A DNA stretch of 64,000 bases from Stegostoma tigrinum (lineage: Eukaryota). The stretch covers positions 15,290,818 to 15,354,817 of the forward strand of contig NC_081384.1 in assembly GCF_030684315.1 (NCBI RefSeq). The letters are read 5' to 3'. Positions 11,301 through 44,800 of this stretch are shown piece after piece. A program made the position numbers and the translations under genes. Under the pieces are notes generated by a model. It had not been told where the DNA came from and did no database searches. It was given only the letters and a program-made list of their open reading frames with translations. Within the stretch, counting starts at the first letter, position 1. Each line of letters begins with the position of its first letter.

Positions 11301-14300
11301 AGAAGAGGGTGATGGTGGATGGAAGAAGTGGAGAATCCTAAAATCATCTTGATGGGAGAATGGATATGTAAAGGGAATGCACATCTGCAAAGAGGAAATA
11401 ATGAGAGCAACATAAAGCATCAGGAGAATTGTGGAAATGGGGAAGGGAGATGCTGAACAAGGGGACAAAAAAATAAAGTCAGGGTCCGAAGAAATATGTT
11501 CTGTAGGGCAGGAACAGCAAATATAATGGGTCTGCCTGAACAGTCCTGTTTGTGGATTTTGGGCAGGAAGTAGACATGAACTATAAGAGATTAGGGGACT
11601 CTGAGCTTGGAGGCTTTCGGGGGGAGATCCCAAGATGAGAATTTGGCCGGGTGCTCAATGGTGAGATTGTAGTCTGGGGGAAAAGAGGAAGAAGTGTTTG
11701 TGAGCTGGTGCTTAGTCTCCACAATGTAGCATCCTGAACTCTAGATGTCACCAACACCACCATCCTTGTCGCTGTGCTTGATGACAAAAATCAGGATTGG
11801 ATGTGAGAGCTTAGTGTAGTCAATTCAGAGGGAGATGCAGGGTATGTTTGAATGTATTAGAGGGACAAATAGGGTGACCAATGTAACATGCACGGTTCTC
11901 AAATGAACAAGTCGAGTTCAGTCAAAAGGCTGGAGCCAGGTGTGGGTTTCAGGTGGAGGGAGAGTGTTAGAGACAGGCGAAGGCATCTGTGTGATGGGGA
12001 AGAAGACACGTATCCAAAGAATTTGGCTCAGAAGCAGAGATGACAGAAAAATTCAAAGTCATGCCCTGCCTGAAATTCATTGAGAGAGGTGTACAGAGGG
12101 ATAAAACTAAAACTAAGTACAGAATATTCAGCAGAGTGTGGAAGGTCAGAAGGCGTAGTAAGTACTCGAAGAGTTGGACTTAGAAGAAAGGCTGGAGGGG
12201 CAGGTGGTTCTGGAGGGCCATGGGTATGCTGAGTTTGTTTTTCAGCTTGTGTTCCTTAATGCCCGAAAAGGAAGAGAAAGTTTCTTGTTAGAATGTCAAA
12301 CAAGCTATAGAGTGAAGCGGAACCGGCGTTGGTCAGCAGGACAGCGTGAGATGGTACCAATGGAGGAGAGATTGAGAATGTGTATTTGCGGTGCTTGCGG
12401 ATCTCGAGATGCAGGGAGAATAACTGTCTGAGGAGCATTGTATGTCACAGAGGTGTGGCCATGGGTACCTGCAGACGCCCTAGTTGTGCCTGTTTCTTTG
12501 TGGGGTATGTTAATATTCCGCTTTCCATTTCCAGGCTGCTCTCACCTTCAGCTGATCTACCTCTGACTTTTCCCTTCCCTTGTTTCCATTTCTGGATATT
12601 AGGCTGTCTGCTGATATCCCTTACAAACTTACCAAATCCCAAAGTTACCTGGACTGTACATCCTCACACTCTGCTTCCTGTAAGGACTCCATGCCACAGC
12701 CTCAGTTTCTCCATCACAACTGCTCTGATGCCACCACCTTCTCCAGGGAGTCCTCAGAAATGCCCACCCTTTATTCTCAACCAAGGATTCCCCACTACTA
12801 TGGTTGACAGGGCCCTTAGCTTTTTCTGACCTTTCACCCCTGTTCATTTTCTTCACACAAGAATAGAGTCCCCCTGATCTTCGCTAACCATCCCACCAAC
12901 CTCTACATCCAAAGGATTATAAGCCACCATTTCCATCTCGAGTGGGAAGTCAGGACCAGCACAGATTCCACTCCATTATTTTATCCACATTCAATCGGGA
13001 CTGTTCCCTTCGGGACATCTTGTCCACATCTCATCCATTGCCACCACCTTCCCATGTCGCAAAAGGCGTACCGCCTGCTTGTTTACCTTATTCCTTAGTA
13101 CCCAGGTGAAGCAGTGATTTCCCTGCACTTCATTCAGTCTAGTCTACTGTATTCGCCATTCCATGTGGTCTCCTCCGCAGTGGGGGGATGAAACACAGAC
13201 TGGGTGATCACTTTATGGAACAGCTATGTTTTGTCTGTAAAATGATCCCAAGCTTCCAGGTGCCTGCCACTTCAACATATCACTGTGTCCCCCATGCCAA
13301 AATTTTTGTTGCAGGGGTAGTGCAGCATTCCAGCAAGGCTGAGAACCAGCTCAAAGAACAGTACCTCATTTTTGAACTTGAGACCATACAGCCTCTAAGA
13401 CATTAAAAATTCAGTAACCTTTATTATAATATTACATGGGTTGCATTCAGTACATTCTACCCATTCTCTTCTATCCTTAGGTCTCATTATCACTTCTTAG
13501 GTTTCCCAGGAGAGAAATTGATCAATAATCACCTCATCTGCTTACCCCTTTCATCTCTTTCTCTCTGATCCATCTCCACCTATCCACTCAGCTCTACCCT
13601 CTTCTTCCAACTCCCTAAGCTTATCTTTAGTGTATGTACCACCTTTTCCCAGCTTCTATCAGTTTTGATGAATCACTGGACTCCCCACAATTGCTGCTAC
13701 ACCTGCTTAATTTCTCCAGCATCCATGTTTTTGTTTTAAGTTTCATTCCTTTGCAGTTTTAACAACGAGACTTCAGTATAAGTTACTTCCAAAATAACTA
13801 ATTTAAGATTTTGTTTTTGAAAGGGTACAATGATCCATCAGTTCCAGTTAAGTATCTACACTGTATTTCCCTAAAGGTGCTTAAATTTGTTTACCTCATG
13901 AGAAACACCATCTATGAAAATTTACTAAAAATTGCAATTGAAAATGCTATACCTAGTGAACTTCAAAGGTAAGTATTTTTCTTTGTCACATTGGTATCAA
14001 GTTTTATTTTAAAGCATTTTTGTTCTTTACTTTATAAACTAAAGTAAACAGGGGCTTGTTTACAAAATGTGTTGCAGTTTATATTAAAATGTAGCTTCAA
14101 GGTAAACTTCGCACAAAAAAAGTCATACATGGAGGAGCTAGTTCAATCCAGATTTTGCTATAAATTTATAGGTCATGTTGGGTCACAAACAGATTTCCCT
14201 TTAGTTGGAGTCTTTCTGATACTCAACCTTCCTTCCTTCCTTCCTTCCTTCTCCCCACCGCCCTCGTGCCACCAAAGAAACCTTCTAGACTTTGACTAAT

Positions 14301-15191
14301 TTTTCTCCACTACTGATGTAGCACCGTAGTAGTATAAGCATTTTAATTCTATAGTTATAAATGTTGGCAGTTAAGACATGATAAAACACATAATATTTCC
14401 TTTTACCCAGTTTTGTACTTAAGAATTATGATAAATATTTGGGAGATTTGTGAATACTGAAAAGATAATCCTATGGTAAGGTTGGGGCTATTTAATGAAG
14501 TTTAAAAATGTAAGACCTCTGCATGAAATTGCCAGCATATCTGCATTACAGCATTACTTCTGTTATGATCTCCTTAATGAGTTATTTTTCAAGAATGTGA
14601 AAGAAAATCAAGTTCTGTTCAAACACCCTGGACCATAAGTACAGAAAAATGATTAGGTGTTGCATTAACTCCCATGGTGAAATACCTTGTTGACACACTG
14701 TAGATCAGAGATACTCAGTCTACAAGTTAGAATGGCAGGCAGCCCTCTAGCTAATTGTTTGCATCTTTAATTTATGCAAGTCATTCATATGTTCTTTGTT
14801 TTAAGAAAAATACATTAAACAATATTTCACTTTATCATAGAGCAAAGTTTTTGACTGTAAAGGAAGATTGCATGCTTCTAGCTGTTGGGGTCATTGGAAC
14901 AAGTGCATTCATACTGAACTACACACCATGGTTCAAGGTAGTAAATAGTGGTTACATATCACTAAAAGTATCATTTATTATTCACTTTTATTCTTAAGGA
15001 TTTCAACTGTTTTCCTAACAGAAACTAAGCAATAAGTTGTCACCAAAAATGATATTAATTTTGTTTCTTATTTTACAAAAAAGGTTGTGCAGCAGCTGGC
15101 TTCAATTAGTGGTGTAACACAAGAAAGCATCTGTGAGTTTTCTCAAGTAATATTAAACAACATATTTCCAGGAACAAGTTATTTAAAATAG
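8120..15191 (+). CDS. CNTD1: Cyclin N-terminal domain-containing protein 1 (meiotic crossover factor), full gene span, 7 coding exons, 315 aa
   Basis: Exons 8120-8309, 8558-8633, 9064-9232, 9347-9509, 13824-13968, 14841-14937, 15084-15191 all have GT-AG borders and join in frame (948 nt incl. TAG). Peptides EFVFLLCEQ, YQAVELLERFM, SCVQIASKISF, SELLVLETLNF, KEDCMLLAVGVI match vertebrate CNTD1 as recalled. Position tail-to-tail with BECN1 fits known synteny. Confidence 0.95.
8360..8466 (-). mobile_element. Short tRNA-headed SINE in CNTD1 intron 1
   Basis: Minus strand gggctcctgtggcacaatgttagtgtccct...ggttccagtgcc (A/B-box-like); related copy at ~43131-43250 (+). Confidence 0.55.
8558..8633 (+). 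CDS. CNTD1: CNTD1 exon 2
   Basis: cacag|...EFVFLLCEQLGLHQVTRYQAVELLER|gtaaaa. Confidence 0.93.
9064..9232 (+). CDS. CNTD1: CNTD1 exon 3
   Basis: ttacag|...FMIQYIEK...SCVQIASKISFHYQ|gtaaag. Confidence 0.93.
9347..9509 (+). CDS. CNTD1: CNTD1 exon 4
   Basis: ttccag|IVNISMALKFLQSLGY...EILLEVM G|gtgagt. Confidence 0.94.
9570..12444 (-). mobile_element. Old degenerate Penelope-like element (left arm of an inverted pair)
   Basis: Minus-strand remnants VIKHSDKDGGV (DKG motif, ~11750-11785) and GLLYTGEMNCRLDDH (GIY-YIG, ~10400-10440); HHR remnant 9635-9664. Confidence 0.75.
12445..13756 (+). mobile_element. Old degenerate Penelope-like element (right arm)
   Basis: RGVAMGTCRRPSCACFFVGYV (RT), YLDCTSSHSASCKDS, KHRLGDHFMEQL (GIY-YIG); decayed terminus 13660-13756. 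Confidence 0.8.
13824..13968 (+). CDS. CNTD1: CNTD1 exon 5
   Basis: gaaag|GYNDPSVPVKYLHC...IENAIPSELQ R|gtaagt. Confidence 0.93.
14841..14937 (+). CDS. CNTD1: CNTD1 exon 6
   Basis: catag|AKFLTVKEDCMLLAVGVIGTSAFILNYTPWFK|gtagta. Confidence 0.93.
15084..15191 (+). CDS. CNTD1: CNTD1 last coding exon
   Basis: aaaag|VVQQLASISGVTQESICEFSQVILNNIFPGTSYLK* (TAG 15189-15191). Confidence 0.88.
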   Translation, partial: VVQQLASISGVTQESICEFSQVILNNIFPGTSYLK

Positions 15192-15679
15192 GTTCCACTG
15201 TTAACGGATATTGAATGTTGTCAGTGCCATAATTGTAGTGATTTTGTTAATTATACATCAATGAATTGCAGTTTGTCAAAAATGTTATCCTTTAGTACTA
15301 TTCTTATACTATACATGGAACTAAATTACATCACAACCAATTCTAAATTAAATATTTAAAATCAAATTCATTAATGAAGGATTGATTATACAAAGCATTT
15401 AATCTTCTCAGGAATATGAAGATTAAATTTATTTTCTGGGAAAAAAAAAACTTAAGGAAAATTATGTAAAAGGGAAATGGTTATTAGCTGTCAGATTTTG
15501 GCTTTATAACCAAATTACCATTGAAGCAATAGCATATGTTTGCCTGAAGCATAAAATCTCTAGGTAATTTAGTTTACACACTTACAACAACCAGAATTTA
15601 AGTCCTTAGAATGGATAGTGTAATTCTGTTTTTCATACTGCTCTACAATCTTGTTCCTTCCTATCACTCTAAGATGTCG

Positions 15680-15830
15680 GTGCTCCTCCACTCTGGCTTC
15701 TTGCCCATATCCAAGTTTCATCTTTCCACCATTGGCAGCCATCATTCATTGACTTAGTCTCCAAGGTCAGGAATTACCTTCTTAAGCCTCTCCACCTTAC
15801 AACCCAGTTCTTTGACTAACCTTCTAAAAC
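15680..15830 (+). mobile_element. L2-like LINE 3-prime fragment
   Basis: ctcctccactctggcttcttg...ccaccattggcagcc...ggaattaccttcttaagcctctcc resembles recalled L2 3-prime sequence. Confidence 0.45.
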
Positions 15831-17974
15831 ATTTTTATATGCCAGACAATAATATCTCATCACGTCATCATTTATTTCCTATTTAAAAAGTAGCTTCTGG
15901 TTGACTGCCACAACAAGTCTATCTACCTAATATTAATTGTTGTGCCCTGTTTGAAGGCCCTGGATGCATTCATTATTTTCTTTTATTTAAATGTGGTATG
16001 CCTGTTGGAGTACCTAAAACCATCAATTTGCTTTTAATTTAAATTAGCAGGACAATACTGGTGATAAAAACTGCACAAACTTTCTTAATTGCAATTACTT
16101 TTTACTCAAAGGTTTTGGGGGTCAGTTTGCTGAATGGTTGGTTTGCAGTGTAGGGTTCAATTCCCACAGTGATGAGGACACCACAAAGATCCCACCTTCT
16201 CAACCTTGTTGGAGGCATGGTGACCTTCAGGTTAAACCACCACCAGTTATCTGTCTCCGAGAGAGTCCTTTGGTCCTTTAAAGACTGTACTCAAAGTTTT
16301 GGTAAAGAGATAACATCAAGACCAAATTTGATGATGATTCCATTATTCTTCCTCAGTTTTTGATGGACCATTTTAATGCATTCATAGTATAAACTAAATT
16401 ATAGCTGAAGTTACTGACCATAGCATAGGTGCAATGTCTTCTTGCTCTAGGAACGAATAGTTTTGCTTTGCAGAGAAAGATACTTGAAGCTACATGAACT
16501 TTGTTAAGGTTTTAATCTGAAACTGAATTTTGTGCTCAAATTTTTCATCTTGCATTGTTATTTTATGGAATAAACACTCCATAATAAATATGTACAGAGG
16601 TGCACTGAGCATTTGTTATGTTAGTGTCCCTCCTTGCAAGATGTGATAAAGCCAAGACTTTGATAAATGGCTAATCCCAAATCCTGTCATACAACATCAA
16701 ACACTATTTCTGTCTTCATTCACAGTAAGCTTCTTAATAAACAGTAACCAAATCAACAAATTTCCACTCTATTCATTTGAATAGATGACATAACAAATAC
16801 AGCTGGACTCCTAACAGATTCCACAAGGTTTACGATAGAGACAAAAGTGTCTGAAAAGATATTCAAACTGTTTAGATAAGTTTTAATTAAAGCAAACGTC
16901 AAAGACAATATATTACAACTTTGGACAGACATTCAAGTTTAATTTATGTACTTAGTGAACTATAGGTCCAGAGCTTTCACTTGTTTTCTAGTGATACCAG
17001 ATTAAAAAGGAGCTAATCTATACATTTCAAAACTAGACCAAGTGTACAACAGGATCAGTGGACAGGTTTTACTGAGAAATAATACACTATGCTTCTGTGA
17101 AAATGAGTATATGGCCTAATAATACTGTTCTTGTACGATGTCCGCTATTGGTCAGATTCTAGAGATGACACAATGATTATGTTACAAATTTAATTCTTCG
17201 GTGCAGATGTCATCATGCCTGTATTGAATAGAGTATTCTTTCTATAGTCAGTCATGACACCAGTGTATGAAATGTTATTCCCACTTCATCTTGAACAAAC
17301 AGTAGCACAACATGCCAGAATTTAATTGTTATAAATAAAACTTCACACACACACACGCTATTAAAATAGTGTATTTTGGTATGATAGAAACACTCAACTC
17401 ATGGTTCAGATGAAAAACTGCTTGCACCTTGTTTGTGGTTCACAGATTCTGAATTTCAGGTTGTTTTGTAACCACACAATGCCGATGTAACATTCCAGCC
17501 CAGCTGCAGGTTAGGTGGTGAGCACTCAAAAGGATTGCATTGAAATAGAAGCTAATATTAAAAGTTAACAACTACTTTTAACTCTTGTGCCTGGATGCCA
17601 AAATGTACATATTTATGAAGTCTCACCTCAACATGATCAAATGTGTTTCACAGGTCAAGGCAAGAATAAACTGTAGACTAACAGCAAAAATCTTTTTGAC
17701 CACTTGCCTATCAAAATTTGACATTGTTGAACATCACAAAGAACAATGTTAGATTTGAAGTCAGGTATTACAGTTACATGATATCCATTTTTAAAAAAAA
17801 GCAACATTTTTCCAGTTCGTTTAAACATGTCAGTCAATTGAATTGGTGCAGTACATCGCGATTTAGCACATTCCACTCAAAATCCAGGAATATATATTTC
17901 AACCATGAATAAAAAAGGTACACAAGTTACTTTGTTCCTCATTTTATATATTTTTTTCCATGTGTGCTTATCAA

Positions 17975-18312
17975 CGTAAGAGACATTAGTGCTGCAGAAC
18001 AGGTCTTTTTCCATTTCAGGCACTCAATATCATCAGGTGCTCTCCAGTCAGATCCACATGCTAGAACTATCAGAACAGCACTGTATTACTGTACTACTGT
18101 GACATCTTTCCCCCATTTTTCACCAGCCATACTGTGGCTTTGCTCTGAGATTGCAACGAAAAACAGCTTTGTGTTCATTCAGAATTGGACGAGATCGACC
18201 CCGATCCATTTCACACATATCTTTAAAAGCTGACTTTCACTTCATCAGATTTGGAACTAGGTCCATGGTTGAAAGGCTAGCATTCAACATCTAACCCACT
18301 GTGCCAGCTACT
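17975..18312 (-). mobile_element. LF-SINE-like ancient SINE
   Basis: Minus strand gcacagtgggttag...gcctttcaaccatggacctagttccaaatc...tgtgaaatggatcggggtcgatctcgtccaattc...gcaatctcagagcaaagcca resembles the recalled LF-SINE consensus blocks in order. Confidence 0.55.
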
Positions 18313-18344
18313 TCTCCACTTTGTCACATTTGATGATATTATGG

Positions 18345-18350
18345 TTTATT
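18345..18350 (-). terminator. Candidate proximal BECN1 polyadenylation signal (AATAAA)
   Basis: tttatt on + strand about 120 nt past the BECN1 stop; usage not demonstrated. Confidence 0.4.
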
Positions 18351-18470
18351 TCAAGAAAAAGCATACATAAACGCACAGTGAATTACCTCAGATAGGCAAT
18401 AACATTGGATGAAACTTGGAACAATGCTCAGCAAAAGCGATATGGATTCAATGAGGAAATAATGTTTAAA

Positions 18471-40532
<22,062 letters not shown>

Positions 40533-41676
40533 AGCTATACAAAATAAGAAAGCACAGAAAACAATTTGGTTATTCCTGCCACAAACTAGAAACAACCCAC
40601 CCCATTGTGAACTCTCCGAACACTGTGTGAAATTTTCACATAATTTCTGCTTTATTACACTGAAAACTGCAGATCAAGCATGAAGACAAAGGGAAATATT
40701 GCAAAGGTTGTACATTGAAACAAACAGATGGTGGAAGCTCCTAATAGATAAGATCAGTAGTTGTGTGGAGAGCAATCAAATGAACAATTCAATTATTGTC
40801 ACTTCATCAGATTCATTTGAAATCTCACATCTGATAGGTGACAAGAATACCATTGGAGCAAAGTAAAGGAAAAAGGGTAAAGCTCACAAAAAGCAAAATT
40901 AGCTATAATGGGCACAATGGAAAATAGCAAATGGCTAAATGGCTGAGGTTATTTTAGCATGTAACACAAGGCAGCATAATGGAGGAAAGACAAAATTTTG
41001 AGATGGTGCACACCAGCTGGGGAGGGATTAAAGCAAAAAAAAAGTGCATGATAAACTAGTCACTCAGAGTAACCATAATGCTGAAAATCCGGCAGCATGA
41101 TATTATATTCCAACAAATGATCACTAGAACTTCCCTCCCACAAAACACCAATTATTTTACACCACAAACAATTTCGCATAAAGACTAAATAGGAGCTAAT
41201 GCCAACAAAAATAAAGCCCAGTTCGTCACACTTACATTAGTTATTTAGAAATTTTTTTTTAAAAAATCTAAATAACTGGAACTTTAAAATACGAGTAGAA
41301 AATGCTCGCCTCCCCTTCCCCATTAAAAAGATCATTAAAGCAGCCATCCCTAATTCTACTTACAAATAGAAAGAGAGGGAGAAGGGAGGGGGAAGAAAGA
41401 GGATAGGAATAGGCTTAAAATCTGCACAGTTGCGGCTCGTGAAAACGCTAAGCGTAAACTGAGGTGAGAAACAAAATCAACGCTAGCGGGAATGTACCTC
41501 ATCTGTTTCTCACTTGCCAAGGAGGGAAGCCTGACGCTGAACAAACAACTCAGGGCAGCCACATGGTAAGCCAAGAGCTTGAAGGAAGCTTCTACTCTGC
41601 CTCTCACTCACACAGCACTGATGCTGATAATAATATTGTTGTTCTTTTCTCCTTTTTTTAACCCTCCTCCCAGTAC

Positions 41677-41815
41677 CTTCCTGCTCTTTCCCCTGAAGCC
41701 GGAAGTGCCTTCACTTCCGGACTGAGTTGCGACTTCTCGCTTTGCTACATGAAGGCAGCCAATGGGAGGGCGGCGCCTGACGTCAGGCGCCGGGCTCGCG
41801 CTGCCTCTTTGCAAC
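41677..41815. promoter_or_regulatory. BECN1/PSME3 bidirectional CpG-rich promoter
   Basis: Inverted ETS/GABP pair CCGGAAGTG (41699-41707) and CACTTCCGG (41712-41720); CCAAT 41759-41763; GC-box-like GGGAGGGCGG; CRE TGACGTCA 41778-41785 inside a 22-bp palindrome; candidate BECN1 noncoding-exon donor AAG|gtactg at 41677 (minus). Confidence 0.8.
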
Positions 41816-41857
41816 ATGTCGGGCTTGCTGAAGCTAGACAATGCGCTCAGGACCAAG
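41816..41857 (+). CDS. PSME3: PSME3 exon 1 (coding part)
   Basis: aacATG; MSGLLKLDNALRTK|gtaggg. Confidence 0.9.
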
Positions 41858-44800
41858 GTAGGGGTCGGTCCAGAACCGGCGTTATTCCCGCCTGCTTCTT
41901 ACCCGGCGGCTTAAACTTTTCTCTCTACACTCTCCCCATCTTTCACCCGTTCCTTACCCCTCTCTGACCCATCAACACACAAAAAACACAAACCCCGTTC
42001 GTTGTTTCCGAAAAAGGCTTTAGACCACGGCTTCACCTCCTAATTCCACCCCACCGCCCCGGGGCAGGTTCAGGGTATTAACTCGTCCGGTTAACCCAAC
42101 CCCAGCAATCCATCCACCGGCCTGCATCCCCGAGCCTTCCCCTAGCCGAGGTCTTAGAAAGCCTTACATGTGACTCAGGGCGGCCTGCTGTATGGGGGCT
42201 GCCTGCTTTCAACTCAGACGTTGTGGCTTTCGCATTGACTCGGAATAGCAGCACGCGTTGTGTCTTGCTGCGAGTAGGTTGTACTTTTTTTTCTAAACAA
42301 AAACAATGCTGGAGATATTCAGAAGTTCAGGCAGCCTCTGGAGAGAGTCCATACCGCTGTTAAAGTTAGATGTGTCCTTCTTTCTCACTTCCAGCCCCCC
42401 CCGCCAACAAAGCAAGCTCTTCATTGCTAACCAGGCACCTGTTCATGGAACTAAATCTGATACTGTAAGTTTCAAGCTTTTTAAAAGTATGGCTGCTTTG
42501 GGAATGTGGGGGAGAGAACATTTCTGTTTCTTTTATGCTCAAACTAGCTATTGCACAAATGACATCAGTATCTTCCTCACCTTTATTCTACCTCCCCACT
42601 TCATCTGGAGTCTCCTCAAAATGTAACTCTTAAATAATACATTCAATAGTCTCTCCTATAATGAGTTGAGATGCAGTTGACCACCGTGGACATTTTAACC
42701 ATATATTTGTGAACTGGGAAATGAAGTGGTATGTGGTTAATGACTCTAGCGCCCATTGATGTGAGAGCTAAGATTTGAAAGACTAGAGGATGCGAGTTGG
42801 AATGTAGATGTGATGCAGTGGCGAGAACATAGAACAAGATAAGGCATAAATTGAGGAAGGTTGTAAGGCAGTTGGGGAGGTCTAAAGCTAGAGGACCAGT
42901 TAATCACTAATAAATCCAATGAAGAATTTAGAAGATTGTTCATCTGTAAAGTCATCAGAGCATGAAACCTATTACTGAAGGACAGAAGGAAATACTTAAT
43001 GGCTTAGATTAAAAATAGTCTGGAAAAGATTCTATGAACATAAACACTCAGAACAATTCTATATTTTTGAAGACTGTTAACTGCAAATATGTCTGATTAT
43101 GTGGCATAAACATATATATATATACCTAACTGGGGACTCTTGTGATACAGTGATAGTGTCCTCACCTCTTGGCCAGGAAGCCTGGGCCCAACCCCATTGA
43201 CTTCGGATGTGTATAATAACATAGTGAAATATGTTCATTAAAAATATCTATAAAGTACTAATTTGTTCTCATGTACTTTCAACCTGCAGAACCACTTAAG
43301 AATAATACAGCTATTTTTTTAAGCATTTTTAAAAGTAAACAGCTGATGAGAAATGCATCAAGAGGTTATTCGTGGCCAGAAGATGGCTGTGCGTAGGACT
43401 GGTCATTACTGATAGTGGTTTTTCCTCAGCTGCCATTCCCTATCCCCAACATTTAGAAGTCTCGGCCTTTTTTCAAGAATTCTGGTATAATAAATCCAGA
43501 CAAATTTGTGCTAAATTGCTTAAAGTTTCTAATCTACTGAAAAATATTTAGACTTCCAATTATCTTGTTGAAATATTTATTAGTAGTGACTAGTACATTG
43601 TACCTTTTCTACCATGCTTAAATGCTGATGGTTCTATATTTAGGTTTTGTGATAAAGTTCACATCCTAAGTCAACATTCAAAGAGCTAATCCATCACAGG
43701 ATATTATAAAACAAAAAATTTAAATTCAGTCCCTTAATGTACTGTCACCTGTTTGTAATATTGAATGTTTTACATTTACAACATTTAAAAGACATATTGT
43801 ATTTGGTTCTTGTCAACTCAAACTTATTCCACTTTTAATATTCTGTCACTCCACTGTTGGCCTTACAGCCAAGTTAGGATCAACGTACAAGTTTGCAGAA
43901 GTCTTTGCTATTCACAGTTTTATCTATTCAACACTGCCTCTACAAATTACTTTAATCCTTTAATTACACTTGATGTTACATTTATTATATTTTGAGCAAT
44001 ATTACATTTGTTTACTCTAGAATCAGCTGAATCCTTCTTACAAAGCGTGTATGCTAAATTGTTCAGAAGGGTACCTTTTTAAGGTACTGCATGTACTGCA
44101 GTGATGATCAAAATGATTTATGGGTGACATCCAAAAATATTGCTGTATTTCATGGGATGCATGAACTCCCTTCTGGAAGATATCAACAATCAAAAGGTTC
44201 TGAAGAAGAATCATGCTTGACTCAAAGCATTTATTTGATTTCTGTCTCCTCAAATGCCGCCAGACCTGTTGAAATTCTCCAGAATTCGTTGCATGTGTTT
44301 CAAGTTTCCAGCATCCACAGAATTCTTATACAAAGAAGAACAATGGACCGGTTCGATCCCCAAAGTTCCAAAAGAATTAATTGACTAGGTGAAGACTAAT
44401 ATCGAAATAACGGGTTATAAGGTATACAGGAAAGAAAGGGGAAATGGTAGGCAGGAGGCCATTCCCACAATGATTAAGGATGAAATCACATCAATGAGAT
44501 GTGGCTATAGCAAGTTAAGCATTCAGCACAGTCTTCATGGGTGTCAGCCTTCTGCCGGCACCTTTAGTAAAGACAGTGTTTTTAATGTGGGGTTTTATTT
44601 CTTTTGTAAATTGGGGTAAGAAGACTTAACAAAATCAAAGCGATTTTAATAAATCAGGGGAGCGAGCAAAACTGTGACAAATGCATTTCAGTGCAGGCAG
44701 ATCTGAGGTTAAAGACTTTGGATCTAAAAGGATAATGAGAAGCACAGTACTTTCTAAATGGTGAAGTAGTGATTGAATTGTCCTTTAAACTGTTAAAAAT

